A DNA stretch of 64,000 nt from Blastocatellia bacterium (GTDB lineage: Bacteria > Acidobacteriota > Blastocatellia > UBA7656). Shown one piece after another: positions 1 through 9,902 of this stretch. How positions within the stretch are numbered: the stretch's first letter is position 1; each line of letters begins with the position of its first letter. Location: positions 126,735-190,734 of the forward strand of contig CAVXWP010000017.1 in assembly GCA_963765495.1 (NCBI GenBank), in the 5' to 3' direction. The notes under the pieces are model-generated. The model saw only the letters and a program-made list of their open reading frames with translations. It ran no database searches and was not told the origin of the DNA. The translations under genes and the position numbers were made by a program.

Positions 1-383
1 CCCTGTGAAAGAGTCTGGATCACAAAGCAATCGTTGTAGCGATCCAGGATGAGCGAAGGCAAAAGGTCGCTCTCGCCGTTTACCAGCCGGTATGCGCTCG
101 TATCACTCACAACCTGTTGTCTCAGCCTTTCGGCTGCCTCAAGCCGCGACGACCAGAAATCCTTATCCGTTTCCCGGTCGTCGAAAGTGACGAAACGCAA
201 AGCTATTTGCGATCTTGCGCTGTAGAGAGCGCGGCCCAATATCTTCCCGCCTTCATCCGTCACACGAACCGTCTCACCAGAGGGAACGTTACCCGCTCCA
301 ACAAGGTCGCTGCGATAGACCCAGCAGTGACGGGCGCGCACCCGCCTTGCTCCATGCTTGTTAATCCTGATTGTTGTAGCCAT
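1..383 (-). CDS. rlmI: 23S rRNA m5C1962 methyltransferase RlmI-like, N-terminal part (runs off the window; absent from the ORF track)
   Basis: Manual minus-strand translation from ATG at 383 gives MATTIRINKHGARRVRARHCWVYRSD...SQIALR...YRLVNGESDLLPSLILDRYNDCFVIQTLS, matching the PUA domain and RLV.GESD.LP.LI.DRY motif of RlmI. Confidence 0.85.
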   Translation of the reverse strand, partial: MATTIRINKHGARRVRARHCWVYRSDLVGAGNVPSGETVRVTDEGGKILGRALYSARSQIALRFVTFDDRETDKDFWSSRLEAAERLRQQVVSDTSAYRLVNGESDLLPSLILDRYNDCFVIQTLSQ

Positions 384-452
384 TATGCTGGCATGATAGC
401 CTTTATTCGCGTCAATGATAAATCCGAGCCGGGCGAGATTGCATCCGACAAC

Positions 453-1106
453 ATGAATGGTCAACCAACAGATCATCTGACGGGACATAAAGACACCCGC
501 GAGACTTTGAGCGTCTTCATCGGGCTGGGGTCTAACCTCGGAGACCGCGAGGCCAATCTCCGCGAGGCAAGGGCGAGGATCGAAAAGATTGGCCTGGATA
601 TTATCCGCGCATCATCCGTCTATGAAACGGAGCCTGTCGGCTACAAAAATCAGGAGTGGTTTCTCAATCAGGTGATTGAATGCCGCATCAAACCCGGCGC
701 GGATACATCCCGTGATAAAGTGATTTCCGAGGTTGATTCAGACACAGATTTTCGCATCTCAGCCCTCGGGCTGCTCAACCGCCTGCTCGGTATCGAAGAT
801 GAGATGGGACGCAGGCGGCTGATACCCGGCGGCCCGCGCGTAGTCGATATTGATCTGTTGCTTTACGGCGACAAACAGGTGGAGATCATTCGGGGAACCG
901 CCCCGATAGGCTTGAGAAACGCGGCAGACAGAGCGGCGAGCCTCATCATCCCGCATCCCCGCATGCACAGTCGTCGCTTCGTGCTTGAGCCGTTGTGCGA
1001 GATTGCGCCACGTTTCCTGCATCCGACTTCGGGCAAGACCTGCTGCGAACTGCTCGCCGCGCTTGATGATCCGTCAATCGTTCGCCTGTACGGATCAGGC
1101 GGTTAG
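453..1106 (+). CDS. folK: 2-amino-4-hydroxy-6-hydroxymethyldihydropteridine diphosphokinase
   Basis: IGLGSNLGDR, SSVYETEPVG, FLNQV, GPRVVDIDLL and IPHPRMHSRRFVLEPL motifs. Start moved to ATG 453 because the ORF-track extension overlaps rlmI. Confidence 0.93.
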   Translation: MNGQPTDHLTGHKDTRETLSVFIGLGSNLGDREANLREARARIEKIGLDIIRASSVYETEPVGYKNQEWFLNQVIECRIKPGADTSRDKVISEVDSDTDFRISALGLLNRLLGIEDEMGRRRLIPGGPRVVDIDLLLYGDKQVEIIRGTAPIGLRNAADRAASLIIPHPRMHSRRFVLEPLCEIAPRFLHPTSGKTCCELLAALDDPSIVRLYGSGG

Positions 1107-4007
1107 CATCTTTGTCATCTCTTGCCCGTTCACCGTGGACGTGAGCGTGAGGCTTGAATTGCGGAATGGCTTTCCATCCGAATCCCGCGCAACAAGGCTG
1201 TCAAACAGTGCGAAGACGGTGTTTTCGCCCGCATCGAAATTGTCGTAGAGCTTCAAAGCATTGCCGAAATCTCCAAGCGCATTTTCGAAATCGCGCGGAG
1301 AGAGTGCGGTCTTTGATTGCACAAGCCCCGCAAGTTTTACAAATCCCTTCACAAGACTCGCTTCTATGAAATAGAGCGTGCTCAGTTGAAAAAGCTCGCT
1401 CTGCGGCAGCGTGACTTTCGCCGGAGCTTGCAGGTTCTTGAACGGAGAAGGCGCGATGGGGTTAAAGGTCAGCGAAGAGTTGTTTGTAAAGGCCGCCTGT
1501 CCCTGCGCCCACGCCTTCTGTATGCCGGGAGTCCAGTAACACCACGCCCTGTTGGCCAGCACCGGCCCCTGTTTCAGATAATTAGCCAGCACCATCTTGC
1601 GCATCACAAGCCTCAAAAACTGCTCGTCGCTTACGTCAAACGGCTTTGTAAAAAGCGACTTCAATCCATCCTCTGTGAATCGCGCATCATAGGTGATAGA
1701 GATATTGCCGAAATTTCCCTGACCATCTTTTGGAAGCAGGGGGACAAGCTCTGTTTCGGCTTCGGTCTCCGATGAGACGAGACCAAAATCGGCAGCAAAA
1801 CTCAGATACTGACTGAGTTCCTGCGGCGTGGTGTCCGGGTCCTGGATTACCAGTTCGTAGCTCGCGGCCATGTTTGTGATAGTCTCTATCAGATACTGGT
1901 GACTGGCCTCGTCAAACTGGACCGCGCCGTTGGCTTCGCCTATAAAACGAAGCAAAAAGTTTGTATAGACGCGCTCGCCGTTGCGCTTGCGCTCACGTTC
2001 TTTCTGGAGGTCGAGCGTGGTTATTATCGTAAGCTGGCTGCCGTCATTCGCCTGAATGCGTTGATCTGATTCCGTTATCACCCGGTCGAGCCCCTGATAA
2101 TTCCAACCCAGATGCCAGCCCACAATGTTTATTGAAAAGCTGCTCTGGCGGGTAACTTTGTGTGTCAGTACGCCTTCGTTCAGCTTGACCGCGCCCGTCC
2201 CGTAACCGGCAAGCACACCTGAAAAATCGCCCCGCCCGGCCTGATTCATAAGACTTTTTCCCGCATCAGTCGTCAGGTCCAACTCAAAATCAATAAGCGC
2301 GGTTTCGTCATCAGCCCGGCTGTATTCGTCGTTCAGAGTGAACTGGACGGAATCGCTCAGCGATTGCTTCAGCTTTGCGTAAATAGAGTTCTTGAAATTC
2401 TCTACGGAATCGAGCACTTGATGGAAACGGGTCACGGCCTTGCCCAGATCGCTATCGCTCAGCTTATCGAGCGACTGGTCAATCATTCGCTCCACAAATC
2501 CGGTCAGCCGTTTGTCGGTCATGCTTTTGAGCGTGGGCAGATCAATCTGCCCCAACTCTTGAACAAAACCGTTGTAAGGGAATTTCGATTTAGCCAGGGC
2601 TATGACTTTTCGTATTTCGGCGTTGGCATCGTCTTCAATCAGATTGAGCACCCCGTCTGCGCGGGTCTTCAACTCGTCGAGCGAATTCACCTGCACGCCG
2701 CCTATGTTGATTTTGCCGAGCGCCCATCCTAAGGGATCGCCGCCGGTCAGTTGCTCAACCGCGCGCCACAGCACATTATCGGGCGAGATTACGCCGCTAA
2801 ACCGCGATTTCAGGCTGTCCCAACTGGTCGCGTTATTGATGATATTGAGAGCGTCGGTAAGCTCCTGGTCAATCTCTCCCTTGCCCACATCGAAATACTT
2901 GTCAAACAGCGCCACGGCATTGTCGCCCGCGTTGTTATATTGATTGGCTACCTCGCGCACGCGGGCGAGCGCATCATTGAACAGATCGCTTTTGGCCAGT
3001 TCATCAAATGCCTTGCCGACGTATTCTTCGATAAATGATTTGGCCAGATTGTCGAGATAGGCATCGAGGTTTTTGAAGTCGGTCAGGTTTTGAATCTGAT
3101 TGAAGAGGTTGAGCCAGTTCTTCGCATTCACGCCGATGACAGCTTCGAGCAGTTCATCGGCCGATGAGGGCAGTCCCTCCTGCTGAAATGTAGCCGAAGC
3201 CGACACATCGGCCGCTATCTTAAATCCCCTGGAGTCGTTTTTTGAAACGACCACTCGCACCCAGCCCGCCTCTGACCCCTGGCTGACTTTGACCTCAAAT
3301 TGCCCGGCGACGTTGGCGTCGAGCCCTACAGTGCCCAGGACCGAAAATCCATACTTCTCGGCGAGTTGCAATTGATTGATCTGGAACGACGGCGAGCCGC
3401 TAATCGAGTAGCCCGCGCCTACTGTTCCTCCAAATTTCAAGTAACCGCCATAGTCGAGCGTGATGACTTCTCCTTCGTCCAGAGGCTTATCCACATCGCC
3501 GGGCAGACGCAATGCTTTGAAAAAATCATCGACGAGATCAACAACAATCGTATCGGTCGGGTACGAGCGAATGAGCGCATAACCGCCGTTTGCCCCTGCG
3601 TCCAGAGTAGCGGAGGCGGAAAGCGACAGATAATTCAACTTCGCATCGACCGTTGCATCGGCGCTTGCCCCGGCCGTAAGGATAAGCAGCAATCGGTCGC
3701 TGTGATCGGTGAAGTAGTCGGCAATGCCGTATTGCCCGAGCACCTGAAGACTACTCGGCGAACTGGACGCCCACAACGGTACGAGCGTGACGCTTGAGCC
3801 CGCTTTTATGCCGAGCTTTACGTCGTCGGGCGAGCCGATTGAAAACGTCTGCCCCGCGCCCTGTAGATTGAAGCTCACGCTAAAGAGATTTGTGTCGGCA
3901 GGCGAGAGAGGCTTTGTAATATCGGGTACGCTGACGTGGACTTGCAGCGTGCCATCTCCACCGGCCCAGAATGGAATATTGCTCTTGTTCAGGTTGATGT
4001 CGGGCAT
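1095..4007 (-). CDS. large hypothetical protein (970 aa), no signal peptide
   Basis: Long ORF with an AGGAGAG ribosome-binding site upstream. Beta-rich N-terminal third, helical middle, mixed C-terminal part; no recognisable catalytic motif. Confidence 0.85.
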   Translation of the reverse strand: MPDINLNKSNIPFWAGGDGTLQVHVSVPDITKPLSPADTNLFSVSFNLQGAGQTFSIGSPDDVKLGIKAGSSVTLVPLWASSSPSSLQVLGQYGIADYFTDHSDRLLLILTAGASADATVDAKLNYLSLSASATLDAGANGGYALIRSYPTDTIVVDLVDDFFKALRLPGDVDKPLDEGEVITLDYGGYLKFGGTVGAGYSISGSPSFQINQLQLAEKYGFSVLGTVGLDANVAGQFEVKVSQGSEAGWVRVVVSKNDSRGFKIAADVSASATFQQEGLPSSADELLEAVIGVNAKNWLNLFNQIQNLTDFKNLDAYLDNLAKSFIEEYVGKAFDELAKSDLFNDALARVREVANQYNNAGDNAVALFDKYFDVGKGEIDQELTDALNIINNATSWDSLKSRFSGVISPDNVLWRAVEQLTGGDPLGWALGKINIGGVQVNSLDELKTRADGVLNLIEDDANAEIRKVIALAKSKFPYNGFVQELGQIDLPTLKSMTDKRLTGFVERMIDQSLDKLSDSDLGKAVTRFHQVLDSVENFKNSIYAKLKQSLSDSVQFTLNDEYSRADDETALIDFELDLTTDAGKSLMNQAGRGDFSGVLAGYGTGAVKLNEGVLTHKVTRQSSFSINIVGWHLGWNYQGLDRVITESDQRIQANDGSQLTIITTLDLQKERERKRNGERVYTNFLLRFIGEANGAVQFDEASHQYLIETITNMAASYELVIQDPDTTPQELSQYLSFAADFGLVSSETEAETELVPLLPKDGQGNFGNISITYDARFTEDGLKSLFTKPFDVSDEQFLRLVMRKMVLANYLKQGPVLANRAWCYWTPGIQKAWAQGQAAFTNNSSLTFNPIAPSPFKNLQAPAKVTLPQSELFQLSTLYFIEASLVKGFVKLAGLVQSKTALSPRDFENALGDFGNALKLYDNFDAGENTVFALFDSLVARDSDGKPFRNSSLTLTSTVNGQEMTKMLTA

Positions 4008-4187
4008 CGTCGCTCTCCTTTCTTTGTAACTCGCAGATCAATACCTCGCGCTCCTAATTCAAATGATGCGTTTATTACAGACGTATGAAAGTCTCTACAA
4101 TTACAATCTGAATTGCAAGGCGAGCGGAAAAGAAAGAAGGCATGGCAGGGCCATTCAGTTTGCCAAAATGTAGGATAGGAAAATGGG

Positions 4188-4289
4188 AATAGACCGCGGA
4201 TGACGCGGATGCGGCGGATCTACGCGGATCTGACCCAATTAGGTTTAATCCGCGAAAATCCGCCGCATCCGCGTCATCCGCGGCCTATT
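4188..4289. repeat. inverted pair of ~9-mer (CGCGGAT-based) tandem repeats, long hairpin
   Basis: aatagaccgcggatgacgcggatgcggcggat... pairs with ...atccgccgcatccgcgtcatccgcggcctatt. Degenerate copies of the left arm lie at ~4404-4446 and ~44561-44595. Confidence 0.85.
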
Positions 4290-4546
4290 TCAAGTATTCT
4301 AACTGCATCTTGAAAATCTATATGATTTTACGAATTCGAGTGTCAAACCTCATCATCTGATTAGATTTGGTATAAGTTGCCAAAATGTAGATCAGGGAAT
4401 TTGGAATAGACCGGGACGAGCGCAGATCGGGCGGATCTACGCGGGTCAGATATTGCTTGAGTTTATCGGTGGCCTGCGAAACAAAACGGTTCTAAAGACT
4501 CTGGAAAGGGAGTTCATTCACACCCGTTCATATGAAACCTCAAATC

Positions 4547-5194
4547 TCAGAGGTCGCTGCTGCGGCTGGTCGAAACTCTTCGCCTTTTCCATACGGTCCA
4601 CGATGCCAGAAAAGCTAAAGCGCCAAGCCCGGCCGCCAGCCAGGGCGTGGGGTTCAGTGATGCGGACGAACCCAGCCCGGACTCTTGAGGAGTCCGGGTG
4701 AGATTGACTGCAACACCATTGAGCGTTTTCTCGACATCATCAGCCGTCAGCTTGCGTTGAACTATCTGGACATCGAGCAATTTGCCATTTTTTCCTGCGA
4801 CCTGAACATCGCCGTTCGCGCCCAGTTTTACAAGCGCGCTGCTTGTGATGCCTCTGTACTCGCCCGTGATTGCAAGCACCCACGTCCCTTCCGAAGGCCA
4901 CTGGCGATCTATCGCGAAGACGCCCGTTGACATTGGTCTTATCTTAACAGGCAAAGACTGGCGCTTGCCGTTGACCAGTCCCTCGGCTGTGACTGTCAAC
5001 GCCGCGTCTGTAGGTACGTGACATCCGTATGGACGCACCACCAGCACCGCGTCCTTTAAATCAGGATCACTTACAGAAGCCGGAGCCTCCACAGAGATGA
5101 AAAACCCTCCAGCAAATGCTACCGTCGCGGGCAGAAGTATTGCCGCCAACATCAAAGAGCACGCTACTGATCTGATCAAATTTCTTCCCGACAT
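4547..5194 (-). CDS. exported protein with C-terminal membrane anchor
   Basis: N-terminal signal peptide (AFA), C-terminal hydrophobic helix followed by KRRR, AAGGAGG ribosome-binding site. Confidence 0.8.
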   Translation of the reverse strand: MSGRNLIRSVACSLMLAAILLPATVAFAGGFFISVEAPASVSDPDLKDAVLVVRPYGCHVPTDAALTVTAEGLVNGKRQSLPVKIRPMSTGVFAIDRQWPSEGTWVLAITGEYRGITSSALVKLGANGDVQVAGKNGKLLDVQIVQRKLTADDVEKTLNGVAVNLTRTPQESGLGSSASLNPTPWLAAGLGALAFLASWTVWKRRRVSTSRSSDL

Positions 5195-5225
5195 GCGAGT
5201 TCCTCCTTAAAAGTAAATTCGACCC

Positions 5226-5254
5226 TTAGACGCAGGTAGCTTCGATTTTCTTCC
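5226..5254 (-). promoter_or_regulatory. putative ECF sigma-factor promoter
   Basis: Minus strand reads GGAAG-N17-CGTCTAA about 30 bp upstream of the 5194 start. Confidence 0.4.
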
Positions 5255-5299
5255 ATCTCAATTTTCTTGAGCGTGAGAAATCTCTTCAGACGCGCGACA

Positions 5300-5341
5300 G
5301 CGCCCGTCTGAGAATCGGGATTTCAAATCTCAGACGGGCGC
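5300..5341 (-). terminator. stem-loop downstream of kynU
   Basis: Perfect 14-bp inverted repeat gcgcccgtctgaga / tctcagacgggcgc. Confidence 0.55.
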
Positions 5342-5370
5342 GTGTGAAAGAGATGTATTTACCGGTGTGC

Positions 5371-6552
5371 TTAATGCGCGAGTGCGGCGCTGTGCTGTTC
5401 GTAGGCTTTTGTATCGAGAATAGTCTTGATCTCTCGAATGATCAGTTCAAGCTCTTCATCTCTGGAATAAAAATGGGGCGCTATTCGAATCCCCGCGCCC
5501 GGACGGTAATCAACCAGAAATTCTCGCCGCGCCAGTTCCTGAGTCACCTGCTTGCCGTGTGGCACATCAACGACCACAGTGCCGCCGCGACTGCCTGATT
5601 CTTTTGGCGAGTTGACTCGGAATCCCGCCTCTTCGGCCAGCCCTATCAGCCGCGTAGTCTGACGTATGGATTTCTCTCTTATCTTATCTACGCCGACCTC
5701 GTTGATAATCTCGTATCCGCTTTGCGCGGCATACATTGCCGGTATGGCTGGCGAGCCGTGCATAAATCGGAATATATCATCCGCGTATTCAATCGGACCT
5801 ATGTCGAAGGCGAACGGCTGTTTATGCGCCACCCAGCCCGTCAGCTTCGGTTCAAGCTCGGGCCACAGATCGCGTCTGACATAGAGGTAACCTGCGCCCG
5901 GCCCTCCGCAAAGCCACTTCACCGACCCGCCCGTCGCAAAATCGACTCCGACCTCCCGCACATTCAAAGGGACGGTGCCCGCTGATTGATAGATGTCGGC
6001 CACGACCATCGCGCCGACCTCGTGCGCGCGTTCGGTGATGGCTTTCAAATCCTGAATATATGCGCTGCGAAAGATCACGTGCGAAACCGAAACCAGCCGG
6101 GTCTCTTCATCGATGGCCTCAAGCATTCGCTCAAGCGGGATCGTTATGCCGTCTTCCGAATCTACGGTGACAACGCGCGCTCCTTCCCTCTCCAGCGCGT
6201 GGTAAATATAAATATTCGTAGTGAAGTTCAAATTTTCGGTCACGATCTTGTTGCGTCTGTCAGACCAGTCGAAACAGGAATTGATAATAGACTGGCAGAT
6301 GGATACGTTCTGGTGCATGACGGTTTCGCCTTCGCCCGCGCCTATGATCCTGCCTATGAGATCGCCCGTCGCCCGGGGCATCTCCCACCAGCCTTCCTCC
6401 CATGCGCGAATGCCGCGCGTAGCCCAGGTGTCTGCATACTCCGCCAGGCGGTCACGCGTGCGGCGAGGCATCGCTCCCAGCGAGTGCGAAATAAGGTAAA
6501 CCGTATTATCGAGTATCGGAAACTCTTTTCTCCATTCCAATAGCGTGTCCAT
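5371..6552 (-). CDS. kynU: kynureninase (PLP-dependent, class V aminotransferase fold)
   Basis: YLISHSLGAMP, DIYQSAG and GGSVKWLCGGPGAG (PLP lysine); adjacent to tryptophan dioxygenase. Confidence 0.88.
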   Translation of the reverse strand: MDTLLEWRKEFPILDNTVYLISHSLGAMPRRTRDRLAEYADTWATRGIRAWEEGWWEMPRATGDLIGRIIGAGEGETVMHQNVSICQSIINSCFDWSDRRNKIVTENLNFTTNIYIYHALEREGARVVTVDSEDGITIPLERMLEAIDEETRLVSVSHVIFRSAYIQDLKAITERAHEVGAMVVADIYQSAGTVPLNVREVGVDFATGGSVKWLCGGPGAGYLYVRRDLWPELEPKLTGWVAHKQPFAFDIGPIEYADDIFRFMHGSPAIPAMYAAQSGYEIINEVGVDKIREKSIRQTTRLIGLAEEAGFRVNSPKESGSRGGTVVVDVPHGKQVTQELARREFLVDYRPGAGIRIAPHFYSRDEELELIIREIKTILDTKAYEQHSAALAH

Positions 6553-6566
6553 AAATGCCTCCCTGG

Positions 6567-6655
6567 CAGTGGTCGGTGGTCAGTTACCTGCCTATGTTTA
6601 TTGTTGAATAAGAGCGATTGCTCGCAATTGACCAGTAATCACCGACCACCGACTA
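6567..6655. repeat. inverted heptamer (GGTCGGT/ACCGACC) repeat element
   Basis: gtggtcggtggtcag ... caccgaccaccgact. The right end abuts the kynA stop codon. Confidence 0.6.
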
Positions 6656-7483
6656 ATATTGGCTTCTTTTGCTCAGATAGGTGCGCAATTCCCAGAGGTC
6701 TGGGAAGAATCTCTGCTCGACGGTCTTCTTCAAATAACCGGCACCTTCACTTCCACCTGTTCCGGGCTTTGTGCCTATCATCCGCTCTACCATCTTGACG
6801 TGACGGAGCCGCCACAATGAAAACATCTCGTCGTATTCGATCAAACTTTCGGCCAGCATGAAAAGCTCGTAATGGCGTTCCGACTCTTCATAAATTCGCT
6901 TGAGTTCTTTTATACGCGACTCGCGATGCGGATCGCCTTCCTGCTCCTCTTCGGGCAAATCGAAGCCTCGCCGCCTGAGCAGATTATAAAACGCATCGCC
7001 GAGCGTAGGGCTTTGCAGCCGTTGTTGGAGCTTTGCGTACTCAGCCGAGTCGGGGTCGTAGTTACGGATAAACCTGGGGTTTTTCAAACCCGAAACAAAT
7101 TCAAGTTCTCGGAATTGAAATGATTGGAAACCGCTCGCGGGCAGCAGGTGATCGCGAAAGGAAAGAAAATCCATCGGCGTCATCGTCTCAAGCACCCCTA
7201 CCTGATTGACCAGCACTCTCTGGATTTCCGTGCAGCGACCGAGCAGGCGAATTGCCATCAGCGGCTTGTCCGCGTTTAGCCGGTCGATGATCAAGTCTAT
7301 TTCATGAAGCAGTTGCTTGAACCAGAGTTCATAAACCTGGTGGATGATAATAAACAGCGTCTCGTCGTGATGCGCAGGCTCCGACAACAGGGTTTGAAGC
7401 GAAATCAGTTCGCGGATCTTGAGATAATCGCCATAGGTCAGGCGGTCATCGCCTTCACTGGAAGGTAAACCAAAAGACATCAA
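6653..7483 (-). CDS. kynA: tryptophan 2,3-dioxygenase
   Basis: TYGDYL, HDETLFIIIHQVYELWFK, ASGFQSFQFR and RHVKMVERMIGTKPGTGGS motifs. Confidence 0.95.
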   Translation of the reverse strand: MMSFGLPSSEGDDRLTYGDYLKIRELISLQTLLSEPAHHDETLFIIIHQVYELWFKQLLHEIDLIIDRLNADKPLMAIRLLGRCTEIQRVLVNQVGVLETMTPMDFLSFRDHLLPASGFQSFQFRELEFVSGLKNPRFIRNYDPDSAEYAKLQQRLQSPTLGDAFYNLLRRRGFDLPEEEQEGDPHRESRIKELKRIYEESERHYELFMLAESLIEYDEMFSLWRLRHVKMVERMIGTKPGTGGSEGAGYLKKTVEQRFFPDLWELRTYLSKRSQY

Positions 7484-7525
7484 ATACTCCTTGAATCGAA
7501 TAAATCAAAAAACATTATCGGGTAG

Positions 7526-8383
7526 TCAGCCGCGTTCTTCATCCTGCTCTTTACCCGCGCCTGCAAAATCCTGCCGGTTGAACTGAGGCTCGCGCTTTGC
7601 CACGAAAGCTTCATAGGCTTCGCGGAAATCGGGATTGAGCATGCAGATGGCCTGTGCCTCGGCTTCGGCTTCCAGAGCCATTTCCAGGTTCATTTCAAGT
7701 TCGCGCGTGAGCGCCGCTTTCGTCATCGAGAGCGCAAAGCCCGGGCCTCGTGCGAGGCGTTCGGCCCATCTGTTTGTCTCGGCTTCAAGCTCGCCTGAGG
7801 CGACGACTCGATTGTAGAGCCCTATGCGTTCGGCTTCCACCGCGCTCAGAAAATCTCCGGTGTAAAGGATCTCGGTCGCCTTGCTTAACCCGACTATCTT
7901 GGGCAACAGGAAGGCCGCGCCCATGTCTGCGCCCGCAAGCCCCACCTTCACGAATAGAAACGCGATCTTCGCCGCCTCCGATGCGATCCTAAAATCAGAG
8001 GCGAGGGCAATTGCCGCCCCCGCCCCGGCTACCGTGCCGTTTAGCGAAGCTATTACGGGTTTGGGCAAGGAACGTATGTTCCGCACGAGCGCGCAGGTCA
8101 TCCGGGTGAATTCAAGCAATCCGGCCACGTCGCGGTTGAAGAGTTCGCCTATTATTTCCTCGACATCGCCACCCGAACAGAACCCTCTTCCCTTACCGGT
8201 TATGACGACCACACGCACCTGGCGGCGCGTGCGTAAGGCCGCCATCGTTTGGGTAAGCTCGCGATAGACTTCGAAGGTAAGCGAGTTCAATCGCTCGGGC
8301 CGGTTGAAGGTTATCACCGCGATGGGACCGCGCTCTTCATATAAAAAACTTGCGGGACTGATCTCGTTTGATTCGTTTGCCAC
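7526..8383 (-). CDS. enoyl-CoA hydratase/isomerase family protein
   Basis: NRPERLNSLTF, FCSGGDV, AGAGA, FLFVKVGLAGADMGA crotonase motifs. Confidence 0.9.
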   Translation of the reverse strand: MANESNEISPASFLYEERGPIAVITFNRPERLNSLTFEVYRELTQTMAALRTRRQVRVVVITGKGRGFCSGGDVEEIIGELFNRDVAGLLEFTRMTCALVRNIRSLPKPVIASLNGTVAGAGAAIALASDFRIASEAAKIAFLFVKVGLAGADMGAAFLLPKIVGLSKATEILYTGDFLSAVEAERIGLYNRVVASGELEAETNRWAERLARGPGFALSMTKAALTRELEMNLEMALEAEAEAQAICMLNPDFREAYEAFVAKREPQFNRQDFAGAGKEQDEERG

Positions 8384-8427
8384 TTTGCGTTTTCTGCCTT
8401 GTGCCCACGAGGATTATATAACCGAGA

Positions 8428-8823
8428 TTATATAACTGCCAGAGCTTCTATTTCGACTCTGGCAAGGTCTTCGACCAGACGGCTGACTTCTACCAGCGTC
8501 ATAGCGGGATAATGTTTGCCCATAAGCTCACGATAGGCCGCGCCTACCTCTTTCAGCTTCGAGAGGTATTCGTTCTTGTTGGTGACGAAGATCAGCAGCC
8601 TTGTGATGTTTGACGACTCTCCTCCGGCTTCGCGAACAACTTCGAGGACGTTTGCGAGCGCCTGCCGAAACTGCTCGGCGAAATCCTCGCTGACGATGCG
8701 CGCCTGAGCGTCCCAGCCTATCTGCCCCGCGACAAAGAGCAGCGACCCTGACACGGCCAGCACCCCGTTATTGTATCCACGCGGGGCGGCCAGCGTCGCC
8801 GGATTGATTATCTTCGTCTCCAT
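8428..8823 (-). CDS. RidA/YjgF family enamine/imine deaminase
   Basis: PRGYNNG, LFVAGQIGW, YPAMTLVEV and VEIEA motifs. Confidence 0.9.
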   Translation of the reverse strand: METKIINPATLAAPRGYNNGVLAVSGSLLFVAGQIGWDAQARIVSEDFAEQFRQALANVLEVVREAGGESSNITRLLIFVTNKNEYLSKLKEVGAAYRELMGKHYPAMTLVEVSRLVEDLARVEIEALAVI

Positions 8824-8857
8824 TTGCTTTCTCGACTTCCGATTTATGGGTATAGCT

Positions 8858-9661
8858 TTATTCGATAGGGGTGAGACCGCTATATTCGCTCAGTGACCAG
8901 ACTGTCCCCTCGCCCGATCTGCGCTCAACCATCCCCAAACCCCGAACATAATACTCTGTGATTTCATTGCCGCCCGCCTTGCGCAGCAGTTTCAGAGCCT
9001 TGAACTTGCCTGCGGGAACCGTCACTTCTTCCTCTCCCTGAACGGTGTAGCTGATAGTCTTGGGGTTTTTCGAATCTCTGGGGGCGCTGCCGGGCTTAGT
9101 GATTACCTGATTGAAGCTAAACGACCAGGTTGCTCCCGTATGAAGAAGCGCCGACGGATCGTTCATAAAAACCGCCGGATCAGTATATTTGTAATCGGCA
9201 GAACTTGAATCACCGATAAGTCTGGTATCTGACTTCTGGGCGATGACCTGAACTCTGCCGTTATCGCAGATAAATTTACTGACGCTTTTATTGACCAGTT
9301 GCGCGCCCCCGCTGCGGTCCACTATCTGCAAAGTTTCGATAAAGACCTTGCGCCCGTCTTCTTCCGCCGCGTCAACCACAACGGTACCGTCGGCGACCAT
9401 CCCGCTCGAATAATTCAAAGTGTATTTCATCTGCGATCCGGGGACGAGCGGGTAATACGGATTGCAAGATTTGAAATTCGGATCAAGGGTGCTTGTGGGC
9501 TTTATGGGTTCTACGGGCTCTAAGACCGCGGGCACGCTTCCATTGCTGTTGGAACCTGCAGTCGTATTTGAATTGCCGGTCGCATTGCTGTTTGAATTAT
9601 TGCCGTCGCATCCGCTGAGTATAATAGTGGCCAGCAACAGCACAGTAAGGGTGATTCGCAT
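8858..9661 (-). CDS. lipoprotein of unknown function
   Basis: Lipobox LSGC, N/S-rich linker, YYPL..G and EEVTVPAGKF...YYVRGLG motifs. Confidence 0.8.
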   Translation of the reverse strand: MRITLTVLLLATIILSGCDGNNSNSNATGNSNTTAGSNSNGSVPAVLEPVEPIKPTSTLDPNFKSCNPYYPLVPGSQMKYTLNYSSGMVADGTVVVDAAEEDGRKVFIETLQIVDRSGGAQLVNKSVSKFICDNGRVQVIAQKSDTRLIGDSSSADYKYTDPAVFMNDPSALLHTGATWSFSFNQVITKPGSAPRDSKNPKTISYTVQGEEEVTVPAGKFKALKLLRKAGGNEITEYYVRGLGMVERRSGEGTVWSLSEYSGLTPIE

Positions 9662-9902
9662 TAAAACTCGTTCCTTTCAACTTCTAACTGAGGCTCGCAT
9701 GTTGAATGTTTCGGGCCGCAAGCCAACTGAAATTATTAACATCCGCGAGGTGCATTCCGCAAGCAGGAGCCGCCCGAAGAGCCCTCGGCAATGATTCTTC
9801 AAGGCCATTCAATTCCTGGAAAATTCAGCTTTCAGATCGAACAATCAGAGATTATCCAATGTAGACAATTACTGTTCTCACTGATGTATTATTCAATCTG
9901 TG

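Noticed and set aside
117-452. N-terminal extension of FolK
   Set aside because: Overlaps the divergent rlmI coding sequence; the FolK domain starts after ATG 453.
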